Shown in pieces: positions 11,823 through 23,830 of a DNA stretch of 64,000 nt. Below the pieces are notes generated by a model, which made no database searches, was not told where the DNA came from, and worked only from the letters and a program-made list of their open reading frames with translations. Within the stretch, counting starts at the first letter, position 1; every line of letters begins with the position of its first letter. The DNA is from Rhina ancylostomus (taxonomy: Eukaryota). The translations under genes were made by a program, and so were the position numbers. The stretch is from assembly GCA_030265395.1 (NCBI GenBank), contig JARFYF010000056.1:13461593-13525592 (forward strand), written 5' to 3'.

Positions 11823-11998
11823 GTGGCGCAGTAGTGTAGCAGTTAGTGTAATGCTTTACAGTGCCAGTGACCCAGGTTCAATTCTGGCCACTGTCTAAGG
11901 AGTTTGTATGTTTTCCCTGTGTCTGTGTGGGTTTCCTCTGGGTGCTCTGGTTTCCTCCCACATTCCAAAGATGTACGGGTTAGGAAGTTGTGGGCATG
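11823..11998 (+). mobile_element. V-SINE running into gap
   Basis: tRNA head + V-domain GTGTCTGTGTGGGTTTCCTCTGGGTGCTCTGGTTTCCTCCCACATTCC. Confidence 0.85.
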
Positions 11999-12375
11999 NN
12001 NNNNNNNNNNNNNNNNNNNNNNNNNNNNNNNNNNNNNNNNNNNNNNNNNNNNNNNNNNNNNNNNNNNNNNNNNNNNNNNNNNNNNNNNNNNNNNNNNNTG
12101 TTATTGTTTTTACCTGTACTACCTCAATGCACTCTGTACTAACTCAATGTAACTGCACTGTGTAATGAATTGACCCGTACGACCAGTATGCAAGACAAAT
12201 TTTTTCACAGTACCTAGGTACAAGTGACAATAATAAACCAATACTAAAAAGGCTAAGTAAAGGTTGACAGAACAGCGAAGTACCAGGTGGCAACTTGCTG
12301 GATGTCAGCTTTCACTCCTGGGTTGACCAATTGTTCCTGGATATCCAAAGTCATCCTGTTCCAACCACTCCTTAC

Positions 12376-12513
12376 CAGAGAGATAGGCCATATCTCCTTT
12401 CTTGAATACATCATGTGCGATCTTTTTGGTTGTCGCCGAATCATTTACATATCCATCAAACCTCCGCAGTGGGTCGTTTTGGACAATACGGCCTACCAGC
12501 TGGCCTGGCTCAC
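12376..12513 (-). CDS. slc27a4: SLC27A4 coding exon (human exon 10 equivalent), 138 nt; not in the ORF track
   Basis: cag|GT GAG CCA ... TCT G|gtaagg; [45 protein letters not shown]. Confidence 0.96.
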
Positions 12514-12785
12514 CTGGACAAGAGAAAGCAGATAGTCAGCGCGCAGCAGCTAAATCCCAACAGCGTTCAAAATGCAACAGGAAACAGATGGCGTTCATGT
12601 GCATATGCGTGTGCGGCTTCCCTTCAGAGTCCCTGGATAATGAGCAGTTGGAATCTGATCTCTAACCCGAGCCCTACTAGCTGTCAGCTATTTATGTACA
12701 GGGGTGATTTTCCTTTTTAAATGCAGAGGATTGAATCATACGTTGACTTAAGTTGTTGCTAGGTTACCAGAGATTGTTGGGATAC

Positions 12786-12912
12786 CTGGTTGACATGGGA
12801 TGCAGACACCATTGGAATCTCGAATCAACTCCATTGTGTCCTCATCTACTTTAACCAATCGGATCGGGTAGACGAATGGCAGAATGCGGCTATTAAATCC
12901 ACAGGCGCCAAT
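12786..12912 (-). CDS. slc27a4: SLC27A4 coding exon (human exon 9 equivalent), 127 nt; not in the ORF track
   Basis: tag|ATT GGC GCC TGT ... CCA G|gtatcc; [42 protein letters not shown]. Confidence 0.96.
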
Positions 12913-13049
12913 CTATGAAGAAAAACAAATCAATTAACATTACAGCTTGGGATTGCGACAGTTTCCAGACATACACTCAATTCAAATAAACTCACAAAGC
13001 TCCACCAACATAACAAATCTAAGGCATCCTGCTGAAGGTTCAGCTTGCT

Positions 13050-13615
13050 ACTGAACACTAACAAACTTCTACAGATGCACTGTTGAAAGTATCCTGACAG
13101 GTTGAATCATGATCAGATACACCAATTCAAATGCACAGGAACACAAGCTGCAGAGGGAGAAATGGACTTTGCCCAATTCATCATGGCCACATTCCTCCTC
13201 ACCATTGATTGTATCTACAGGACGCACTGCCTCAAGAAGACAACATCTGTCAAAAGATCCCCACCATCCAGGCCATGCCATCTTCTCACAGCTACCATCA
13301 GGCAGGAGGTACAGAAGCCTGAGTCCCACACCACCAGGTTCAAGAACAGTTACTTCCCTTCAACCATTTGGTTCTTGAACCAAACGGCAAAACCCTGATC
13401 ACTATATTTTAGCAACACAATGACCACTGTGCACTAAAATAGACCTTGTCTTATTTTTGTTCTAGTTGTGTTCTTCATAACAAAATTAATCATACAATTA
13501 TGTTTTTCTTGTGAAAGCTGCTTACATGATGCTGTGTGTCTGTGATGCTACTGCAAGTTTTTCATTGCACCTGTGCACGTACTTGAGCATATGACAATAA
13601 ACTCAATTTTGACTA
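13050..13615 (+). mobile_element. Rex1/Babar 3' fragment
   Basis: TLTNFYRCTVESILTG..KDPHHPGHAIFSQLPSGRRYRS..TTRFKNSYFP, then 3' UTR. Confidence 0.85.
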
Positions 13616-14915
13616 ATGCACATAAACCAAGACCAAATTTCCCAGTAATCTGTGCTTACGGAGAATCATCTTGTGCTGTGTAACAATTTCAGTTGGCACC
13701 AATAATAAAAATATCCACACAGTTACACAGCACCTTCTCATTTTATTGCAATATTGAGGACAATATCCTACCCCCTCCAAATTACTGGAAAACTAGACAA
13801 GAGTTTGGCCAAGGCTGTGTGCTCGAAGTATTTATTTACAACAGGATGCATTTGCTTGGTACTTTTGCACAATAAAACATTCCAGGCACCTGTTCAAGAG
13901 TTTAATCAACAGCATAAATAACACCTTTAATGCCGTGTGAATATCCCAGATTAAAACTGGCAAGATGCAAAAAGGAGATATTTGTTCGGGGGCCATGTGC
14001 TTCTCCCAAAATATAGACTTAAATAAGTGCCTTAAAAGTGGAGAGGTTTGAGGAGGGAAGTCCAGGCCTAAAGGTCAGTGCAAGTGAAGAGACAACTGAC
14101 AATGATGGAGTGAAGATAATGGGTAATACACAAGAGGCCAAAGTTGGAGAAACACAAGAATTCTCAAAAGGGATGTGGTACTGGAATAACCTTACTAACT
14201 GCAATACATCAGTAAAGGTCTATGTGGTGGATGTACAGCTGTGAGAAATTCAGGAGTGACATTGGTATTTCTTTACGCAGAAGTGCAGCAGAGAGAAAGA
14301 TGTTGGAAAAGGTCGTTGAAGCCTTAACATTTAAGCCAGAGGGCACCGAACAAGTTCTCACAAACAGCAAAATAATAACCAATTAATATTGGTTGAGGAG
14401 AGAATGTTACATAGAGACATTAGGAACTCTGGTGCTATTTCCACTGGAGAGAGCACAGTGGATGTGTGAATTAGTAAGCAAGAGAAAGACTATTTATTCT
14501 TGTTGAGAAGTCAGTGGCAATAGGGGAATCATCAGTTTAAAACTCATCAGGAAAGAGGGAAGCAAGGAGGAACTTCTTTTTATTTGAGAGCACAAAGGGC
14601 TTTGTCACAGTAAGAGGTTAAGGCAAAAGTTGATGAACATTTGAGGCTGGAAAAGATGCAGAATAAGGCCAAGATAAAGAGAGTCAATCCATTTGGTTTT
14701 GAATACGTCAAACAAAAAAAAAAGAGTGGGTTTAGACCTCTGGAGGGGCAGTGGGGTGGAGAGAGCAGTGAATCAGGACATTGCAGTCTGACCAGGCAGA
14801 CTGAACCATAGGAAGTGATTCAGCTCTGTGTTGACTTTCTCACATGCACAAATGAACTGTTCTGAGACCTATACATGGTTTTGAAACCATTCATGCTGCC
14901 GATCATGCACAGTAC

Positions 14916-15125
14916 CTTGTTGTCAAAGTTTCCCAGGCTGCAGTTGCATTCTGTTGCCCCATAAAACTCTGCTATCTGTGGGATCTGGAAGCGGGAAGTG
15001 AAGTCCTCCCAGATGGATGGACGCAGGCCGTTTCCCAGGGCCATGCGGACGCAGTGCTCCCTCTCCGCACTGCGCTGGGGTTGGCTCAGGAGATAGCGGC
15101 AAATCTCCCCGATATACTGGACAAT
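14916..15125 (-). CDS. slc27a4: SLC27A4 coding exon (human exon 8 equivalent), 210 nt
   Basis: tag|ATT GTC CAG ... AAG|gtactg; [70 protein letters not shown] (YGATE motif). Confidence 0.97.
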
Positions 15126-15709
15126 CTACGGAAGTACATATACATCACATCCTCAGGCTTTGGGTAAAACTGAAATAGTCAGGAATTGAAAAGATATACA
15201 AGGCTGAAGTCTTATTTAAAACTATACAGAAGCAACCAATTTCTGAACTATGTTTCCAGGAATTAACGTACAATATCCAAGGCTAACACTTGTAGTTTAT
15301 GAGATCTCCTGAACCATAAAACAAATGGGATCCACATGGTTCTCACACACACTACAGATTCTGCACCAGCTCCGTATATTTTTGGGTATCTGACATGACC
15401 TAACAGGAAAGCGGTGTCCAGAAGTGTATCAGTATCCACAGGGGGTTCTCCAGGGTGAACTTGGTACTTAGAGAGAGTCTCTGAGAATTTTCTATTCTCC
15501 CTCACTCCCAGGGAGTTCCGAGGAGTCAGTTATTGAAGCCGGTTCTGCAGATCAGACAGAAACATTGCAGAAATGACCTGGGCTTGCATACTCTGGGAAA
15601 AGAGATGATTAAGGGATACTTTGTTTCTGAGTACATTTACAAATCTGAGACTGAAGGGCAAATGAGAAGGTAACAGATTCAAGACAAATTAATTCCTCAA
15701 CTGACTCAC

Positions 15710-15819
15710 CGTGCACCTGTACTTGATGCAGTCATCCCAAAAGCGAGAGGCAGAGAATTTTCTCCTGATTACAACAGTAAGTCCATGTAAAAGGCATTGC
15801 CCTATTCCCACAATATTCC
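15710..15819 (-). CDS. slc27a4: SLC27A4 coding exon (human exon 7 equivalent), 110 nt
   Basis: ttttcaag|GG AAT ATT ... ACG|gtgagt; [36 protein letters not shown]. Confidence 0.96.
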
Positions 15820-16199
15820 CTTGAAAAGAAAGCACTTGAGTTAAATGACATGTAATTCAGTTCTTATAGAATTTACTGATAGTGATCACCATGTGTAGCT
15901 GGACATAATTCTGGGAAAGTAGTCTGGGGATACATCTTACATGAACATACAAAGTGGATGCATGGATAGATGCATTAAACTGGTTCATAAAATAGTTGAA
16001 GCATAATTGGACACTTCCTCCCTCTTGCAACACCATCTCCTCTCTCCCTCCAACCACCCCCCCACTACCTTCCCCAAACCCCCATAACTCCACTGTTCAC
16101 TCAATGTGTCCCTTTCTCACAGTGCCACACCTTCCCACAGCCATCTGGAATACAAACAAACTCATCTGCCTGACTGGATGATTTTTGACAGTCATTCTT

Positions 16200-16530
16200 G
16201 GGTGGCGAAGCTAACAGGGCCACTGCCTCACAGCTCCACCAAACTGGGTTCAGTCCTGACCTCCAGTGTGGTGTGGAGTTTGAACATTCTTCCTGTGAAT
16301 GTGTGGGTTTCCCCTGAGTGCACTGATTTCCTCCCACATCCTAAAGACCACTGTCAATTGACCCTACTGTGTAGATGAGAGGTAGAATCTGGGGTTGGTG
16401 AGAGTGTGGGGAGAATCAAATGAGTAGGTGTAGTGTAGGATCAGTGCAAGTGGATGCTTGATGGTTGGTGCAGACTCTTTGGGCTGAGACGCCTGCTTCC
16501 GTGCTGCGCAATTCTTTAACTCTATGACTC
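16200..16530 (+). mobile_element. V-SINE with CR1-like tail
   Basis: tRNA head, V-domain TGTGGAGTTTGAACATTCTTCCTGTG.., tail ending CTCTATGACTC. Confidence 0.75.
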
Positions 16531-16544
16531 AGTGTCTCCTTTCA

Positions 16545-17330
16545 GAAGGGCATACAAAGCAGAAGCAAGATTAGGCTGCAAGGCCCCCTCGAGTCTGCGC
16601 TACCATTCGACAAGACCATCACTGATATCATCTCAGCCTCAACACTTTCCCAGTCTCCTAAAGCTCAATTCCCCAGTCATCCTAAAATCCATCAGACTAA
16701 AAAAAATACTTCATGCCTCAGCATCTATAGCTCCTGGAGCAGAAATTTCCAACAATTCACAATCCACAGCAAAATTTAAAAAATCTCATCTCAATCTTAA
16801 ATAGCCAGCTCCTTATCCTGAGACTGCCGTTCCTGGTTCTAAAGTCCACCATTGAGTAAACAGATTCACATTTAGTCAGAGAATCTCATACGTTTCACTG
16901 AAATCACCATTCTTCTAAATTCCAGATGGAGCCTTTTAACATGGGCCAACTATTCACACAGGTCAGTTCTCTCATCACAGGAATTAATATAGTGAAGTAT
17001 ATCCTTCCGAGAGGCAAGGAGACCTGTCTGCAGTACTCCAGCTCTGGTTTGACCAAAGCCTTGTGTAGATTTAGTAAGACTTCGTACTCATGTGCTCCAA
17101 CCTACTTGTAATGAAAAAAAATTCTTTTTATCTCAATTACTTGCTCTATCAGCCTGTTAACTACGTTTGTCCTGTATAAGGACACCCACTGAATGCCAAC
17201 ATTTAGCTGCATCACACTAGTTAAAGAATACAGTTTCTCTATTCTTCCAGTTTCAATGTTCTTTCATTGCTTGACTTACCCACCCAGTTACCCACTCACT
17301 TCACCTGCCAATAACCCTTTGCAGCCCAGA
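16545..17330 (-). mobile_element. Old degenerate CR1 fragment
   Basis: Minus strand reads YKALVKPELEYC; CR1 3' UTR toward 16545. Confidence 0.55.
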
Positions 17331-19242
17331 AATTAGTTTGCATTGTGCTATTTTTAGCACTACTGAAAATAACAGCAAATGTATCACCAAGAAATGCATT
17401 ATTGGTCATTTCTGGGTCTTTGTGTCACTCTGGAAGATTGATTGGGCACGTGCATGTGACATGTGGATTACATCATTCTCAGTGTAATGTTCCCTATGAA
17501 GCTCTGCAGGGGAAATTAACAATGCCCTGGCAGCAACTATCATTGTACACTCACAGGACAAATAATCCTTTGTGGTGCAGTCCCAGTTTGCAACCTCACT
17601 AAGTCCCATACTTACCATTTATCCAACCATTCATGGTCCCCCTGCCCCAACCCACCAACCTTCTTCTTACCATCCAACAGCCACAGTACCCTACCGCACT
17701 CATTTCCTTACCCCCAACCAAGACTCCCAATCTCTGGCTGTCCTGGCTTGTGCCTTAACCTGATAGTCATCCCCCCCATTTTACCACTCACCTCCTCTTC
17801 TGCCCCATTCCCAAACTCCAAACCCCATTAGCAAAAACAGTGCAATGTTCTTGGCCCTGAGTACAACTAAGGTTTACAGAATCAGACCAGCAACCAAAAC
17901 TGATCTTTGATGCATCAATGTAGAGACTACGTCCATTAGCAGACCCATTCGGGCATATCAGTTTTTCCAGACAAGTATGTCTCTTCAGTTTACTTTCCCA
18001 ACTATCTCTCACCTTCAGCATACCTGAAAACACCCACTCCAAGTCATTAAGCAGATTGGAAATACCTGACGTGTAGGCCCTGATCCTTAGGCACTCCACA
18101 AGTTACAGCTTGTTAACTTGAACAAGTCTAGTTTATTCCTAGTCTCCAGTTTCATCTGTTAACAAATCCTCCATCCACATTAATATATTACCCCCAACCC
18201 CACAAACACTCATGCAGTTATCTATCAAATGCATTTTGGAAAATAACAAATCATCTCCAATGGTTCCCCTTTATTTATCCTGCCAGTGACGTCCTCCAAG
18301 AATTCTAATGAACTTGCTGATGCTATTTCCCTTCCATAAAGCACGATTAATTTGCCCTAAAACACATTTTCTGTTATCATCCCTTAATGAATTTTACCAT
18401 TTCCAAAGAAATTATGTTAATTACAATATTTCAGAACTTAATGAACCCCGAGTTAAAATAATTTGTTGTAACACCCTTATGACATTCCTCCCAGGTGTTG
18501 TATTTAGTGGTGTCCTGGAGAATAATTTAGAATTACGCGAGAGTCTAGGACAGTCCAGGAGAGTAAGCAATTTTCGGTGTTGTTGGTTCGTCTCAATGGC
18601 AGCATAGAACAGTGAAAGTCAGGAAGTTCAATCCCCTAATCTGTGCTGAGTTAACTATCCAAGGGGTTATTGGAATAACCCAATGAGACAGTGGAGTTAG
18701 ATCAACTGGAAATTCCTCTTGGAAAATATCCAAATGCGAGGGACACAACAGTCTGAACTAACTGCCTTAAGGACGTAACTAATCAGGACAAATATCAACA
18801 TTTCTTCATCTTCGTAGCGACTAACATCCAGGAATTCCCTACCCAGCTCCACCATCACCACACAGACTGTCACCAACTGCTCCAAGTGGGTGCGTGGTGA
18901 CAGTGCAACCAAATGCTGGCCTTCCAGATGTTGCTCAGGTCTCCTGAACAAATTAACAAAATAAAAGACCTTCAGGAGAGGTGAGGAGGAAACTCCCAAA
19001 AAGTAAGACAAAGAGGAAATAAAAACATTTACTGAACAAAGCTGTCAATACAAGTTGTCACAATGGATCTTATCTTGCAAAAGTCAAAAATCTGTAATTG
19101 AGAAAATGATGTCTGTTCTAAATATGAAGGTGGCATAAAAGAGAAAGCTACAGTGCTTAATAAATGGCTAAAAGCCATTTACACTCTCCCAATTGTTGCT
19201 CCCCTTCCCACCCATCCAACCCACAACTCCCAGCCAGTTTAC

Positions 19243-19334
19243 CTGCAGAGTGATAGAGAGGCAAACAGTCATAGACAATGTCATCAGTGCACATACGGTA
19301 ACCATAGTAAACCAAAGCTGCCATCCGGTAATAT
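19243..19334 (-). CDS. slc27a4: SLC27A4 coding exon (human exon 6 equivalent), 92 nt
   Basis: cag|A TAT TAC CGG ... GCA G|gtaaac; [30 protein letters not shown]; AALVYYG is FATP4-type rather than FATP1 (AAFGHHA). Confidence 0.96.
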
Positions 19335-19609
19335 CTGGAGAGAGAGAGAATTTTTCACACATCATTCAACTTCTCAAATGCAAGATTTTTCAGAATAATC
19401 TCTACCCATTCCTGATACGTCAGGTTGGTTGTGGCAGCCAGAGCAAGCCATGCCAAGGCAAGGGAACGATCAAGAGCCCGTGATATCCTCCCTTTCTGGT
19501 AACTCCTACTGATATACAAATCAGCAGGTAGATGGTATAACACCCAATCCCACTAACTCTTCCCCAATTCCCGAGGAGCTTCAGGCCATAATATATTTTA
19601 TTAAGGTAT

Positions 19610-20250
19610 TAAGCAAACTGCACTCCTTCACCATCCACTCCATCCCTTTCTCTGCCATCTGTTCACAAACAACATCATGCTTAAAGCTTAAACAAGTTTC
19701 AGACTATTTATTCCCAACATTAATAAATCCACTTACATCTGCCACCATACCATCGCCCTCTCCATTCATGCTCAAGATCATCTGCTAATGAAAACCTCAT
19801 CCATGCCTTTGTTATTTCCCAAATACCATTCAGCCCAGCTCTTCTCTGTAAATTCAGGATCTTCCAAAGCTCTGCTGCACTTGTCCCAACTCTTACTCCC
19901 ATTCACCCATCACTCCTGAACTTGCCTACCAATGGTTCCTACTCAACCAACAGCTCGATTTCAAAATTTGCACTTACCCTTTTACAAATCCCTCCATGGC
20001 CCCGTTCCTTCTCATCATCATAACCTCCTCCAACCCTCCAAAATGTCTTTCCCCAATTCTGCCCTCTGCATCATACCTAAATTTAATCACGCTGCCATTC
20101 AGCGATGGACTTTGGTTGCCAAGACCAAACCTCTGGACTTCACGGAGCCTTGCCACCCTTTATTCCTCCTTTAAGACACACCCTGTAACGCCACTCTTTG
20201 AGCAAGCTTTTGGTCTTCTGCTCTCATTGCGTGCAGCTTGGAGTCAAATG
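19610..20250 (+). mobile_element. L2 LINE 3' fragment
   Basis: ENLIHAFV..HSPITP..WFLLNQQLDFKI, L2 RT C-terminal remnants; boundaries approximate. Confidence 0.6.
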
Positions 20251-22041
20251 TTGTTTGACTGGTGGTGTCTGTGTGGAGCTTTCAAATTCTCTCTGTGATC
20301 GCTTGGGTTTCCTCCAGGTGCTCTGGTTTCTTCCATATTCCAAAAATGTGTGGGTTGGTAGCTTATTGGCTGCTGTACATTGCCCTTAGTGTATAGGTGG
20401 GTGGTCGAATTTGGGGGATGGTATACGAAAGAATAAAATGGTTTAGGGTCACATTAATATGAAAATGGATGCTTAATGGTCATTGTGGCCAAAGGGCTTA
20501 TTTCCCTCCATGATTCTACAACATTCCTCTGAAAAGCCTTGGTACATTTTATTATGTTAAAGGCAGCACTTAAATAAAAGGCGTTGTTATTATAAAATCC
20601 CAAAGTGACAAGACAGCAGGTGGAAACTGGCACAGATCTTCAAGTCAACAGGTGGCAGACTATTTCAGCAAGCCATGAAGAACAGGGTTTGTCAAACCTA
20701 CGTGGCCACATTTAGGGCTCTCCACTGACTCCTCAGCAACAGACTTCTCTCACCAGAGAAGGTGCCTCCTGTTGCAAGATTGGCACAGGACCCAGAGAGG
20801 TGGGTATAGGAATGAAAGCATGAACAGCTGACAGTGACTCAAATTCAACTCATCTGTTCTCCCTGTCAGAAGAGGAAGAGTGAAGAAACCATTGGAAAGG
20901 AAATCTAAAGCACTATTAAATAACCTATCCAAACTCCTTTGTGACAGGTCATTCCTGATCTGCCTATAAGTATTTTTTCCTCTCCAACAATCCTTTGGGA
21001 TCTGATTCAATAGCCGACACCACAACCAAACAGCAGCAGATTCAATCATTACAGGGGAGCCCCATGCAGTGGTTACCCAGGGACTGCTGTCCTGGCTGAA
21101 ATCAGTTTATTTCCCATCCCAAACACAAGGGTTCCAATGATCCCTGTAGCACTCGGAGATCTCACAGCACAAACTGGAAGTCTATAAAACCTCTGCAGCT
21201 CAAGTATGCACTGAGCCAGATAAATGTCATCTTTAAATGATCATGACCAAGCTCAAGAGAGGCTACCCTGCAAGCTGTATTTCCAGAAGGTGAACCAAGC
21301 CCTGCTGCCAAAAAGGAACCTTCTACAAGAATTGCTCATCGACAAGCTCAGCAAATGATCCACTAAACTTGCAACCTTTTAAAGAGTAGAAGACACCACT
21401 GCGCATACTTAACTTCTGTTGATTTCATTTGCAATCAGCTGCAATTACATGGCTCCAAAACTCTAACAGCAACACATTACTTGCTACTGCTGTCATTTGC
21501 AAGGCCATAACTAAACTGCGATATTTTTTTGTGAATTGCAGATTCTGCAATATTAGACTTCTACTGCAATGTTTTCACCATATTGAATGTGCATCCCAAA
21601 AGAGAGCAATGAAGTACTTCCAAAGTTTGCTACTGCTCTAATATGAAGACATGAAGCACCTGATGTGTGTACTGCAAGCTCTCATGTATGGCAAAGATTT
21701 AAATTCCCAGCTGATCTGTTTTAATGATGGTGCTGTTTGAGGGATAAATACAATTGGAAGAAAATGCCTTGATTTATCAATTTGTGGTTATCTCCTCCAG
21801 CTGGGAGAGCAGATGAGACTGTGGTTTAACCTCTTATTGAAAACACAACTCCAATATTAAGTATGAAACATTAACAGCGTTGTAATTTAAAACTTACATC
21901 TATCTACTCAAATTTTTTTTAAGTACAGGGGTTAAAGACATCTATAATGTTCCGATATGATTGGATGTTAGATGGAGTGTGTCGAACATTGAAGGGCAAG
22001 CTCAATGGGCTGAACTGACATTCCTGACACTTGGATCCTTA

Positions 22042-22191
<150 letters not shown>

Positions 22192-22826
22192 TCACAGAAG
22201 TGCAAGCTTTGGCGATTTCAGGAGTTTATCTGATGATAACGGGAATAAATTACCTGTTTTAACTAACAGTTTGTTCCATTAAGTTAGGGAGAACAAGGGA
22301 TCGCCATCCTAAGTTGTTTTTACGGCTAGTGCTAGGTTCAGAAATGGTTCTTTCCCCAGAGAACTGGGGACCTCTGCAATGGTCTGAGTTATCCCACTTT
22401 GCTGAGCTCAAGCCAGTGAGGGTGTCACCCGTTCCTGGCTGGGTGAGACACCACCTCGCACAAATGGTAGGTAACAAGGAATCCAGGGATTGTGAGATCT
22501 AGAATATTTTTGTGGAATCTGAGAGGAAATTCACAGGTTTCTTTCCTCCAGACTGCCCTCTGAAGTTTTGTACAAGATAAAAGGATGTTTTATTGNNNNN
22601 NNNNNNNNNNNNNNNNNNNNNNNNNNNNNNNNNNNNNNNNNNNNNNNNNNNNNNNNNNNNNNNNNNNNNNNNNNNNNNNNNNNNNNNNNNNNNNNTTTTA
22701 TTGGGACATGATTTTGTTTGGCATGTACAGTGCAGATATTGTGATACACAAGGATTCAAAATTGCATGTGGGGCAGCTGGTAACCCGACAGGTCTCTCCA
22801 TCTTTCACATTTCAGCACGTTTGTAC

Positions 22827-22988
22827 CTGTAAATCCTCGGTTCTGGAGAGGGGGAGGAGGATCTGATGGTGAGGCTTCCAGTAACCGGTCAAGGTTTGTA
22901 GTGCCTGGGAGCATCTCACTGAAGTTCCATTCTCCAGAGCTGTACAACTGCATGGATTTCCCCAGGGTGTGGTGGATTTCCTTCAGTG
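22827..22988 (-). CDS. slc27a4: SLC27A4 coding exon (human exon 4 equivalent), 162 nt
   Basis: cag|CA CTG AAG ... ACA G|gtacaa; ALKEIHHTLGKSMQLYSSGEWNFSEMLPGTTNLDRLLEASPSDPPPPLQNRGFT; phase 1-1 fits both neighbours. Confidence 0.92.
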
Positions 22989-23254
22989 CTGTTCAAAAAA
23001 CAAAAGTGAAGCTATACTAATACTTTTAATGGCACCCACCCTTCTTCTGGTCCATGGACCACCTCACCCCTAGAAATGGAAAGGCATCAGAATGGTGCAA
23101 ACCCCTGCTCCTTTGGCTGCTATTTGATTCCACTCTGTATAACAACTGCTATGCTGTGACTATACCAAAAATATACTTGCACGTCTTTAGCGCTTCCCAA
23201 CCTTGGGCGCCCAAAATAATTTAACATCACTGAAATACTTATGAAGCACACTGA

Positions 23255-23470
23255 CAAAAATAGGAACATACGCTGGAAGAACTCAACAGGTCAAGCTGCA
23301 TCCATGGAGGCCAAAGGTAAATGTTGACATTTTGGGCCGAGACCCTACATCAGGGCTAATGATGAAGAGTCTCGACTTGAAACGCCAATTTTGCCCTCAC
23401 AGAAGCTCCTTGACCCTTTGAGTGCTTTAAGTGTTCTGCATTTTGTTCCAGATTCCAGTCTCTTTTGTCA
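23255..23470. mobile_element. Penelope-like-element-derived palindromic repeat
   Basis: GCTGGAAGAACTCAACAGGTCAAGCTGCATC... arm mirrored by an inverted arm; centre carries two decayed CTGATGA..GAAAC cores. Confidence 0.65.
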
Positions 23471-23479
23471 TCGTGATGG

Positions 23480-23830
23480 AAACAGGAGTTAGTTTGTGCA
23501 CATCAATCTCCTATAAACATTGCAGTAATGATCAAGACACCCATGTTATAGATTAGCAATATTAGTTGAGGGGGCAAAATTAGTCTAGAACTAATACTAC
23601 AGGCCGGGTCACCAATGAATAACTTCCCTTGTTTACTTGAGATTAGTGCTGTGTGATTGTTTATAGTCACACTTGAGGGCATAAGGGTTTCATGTCACTT
23701 CTGAAAGCTGGCACCTCTAACAGTGCAGTGCTGCAATGAAATGTCATATCTGGATTACAGGCTCAAGCATTTGGAGTGAGATCTGAACCCACACGCATCC
23801 TGCTTGGAAGGCAGGAGTGCTGCTCACATA
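23480..23830 (-). mobile_element. Deu-domain SINE (degenerate)
   Basis: CTGAAAGCTGGCACCTCTAACAGTGCAGTGCT etc. is the reverse complement of the Deu-SINE core. Confidence 0.55.

Noticed and set aside
13102-13398. ORFs with DPHHPGH..LPSGRRYRS motif as a possible host gene
   Set aside because: Rex1/Babar retrotransposon C-terminus, present in several frameshifted copies
22586-22703. TTTTATTG on both sides of a 100-N gap (possible TSD)
   Set aside because: Cannot be distinguished from contig-end overlap
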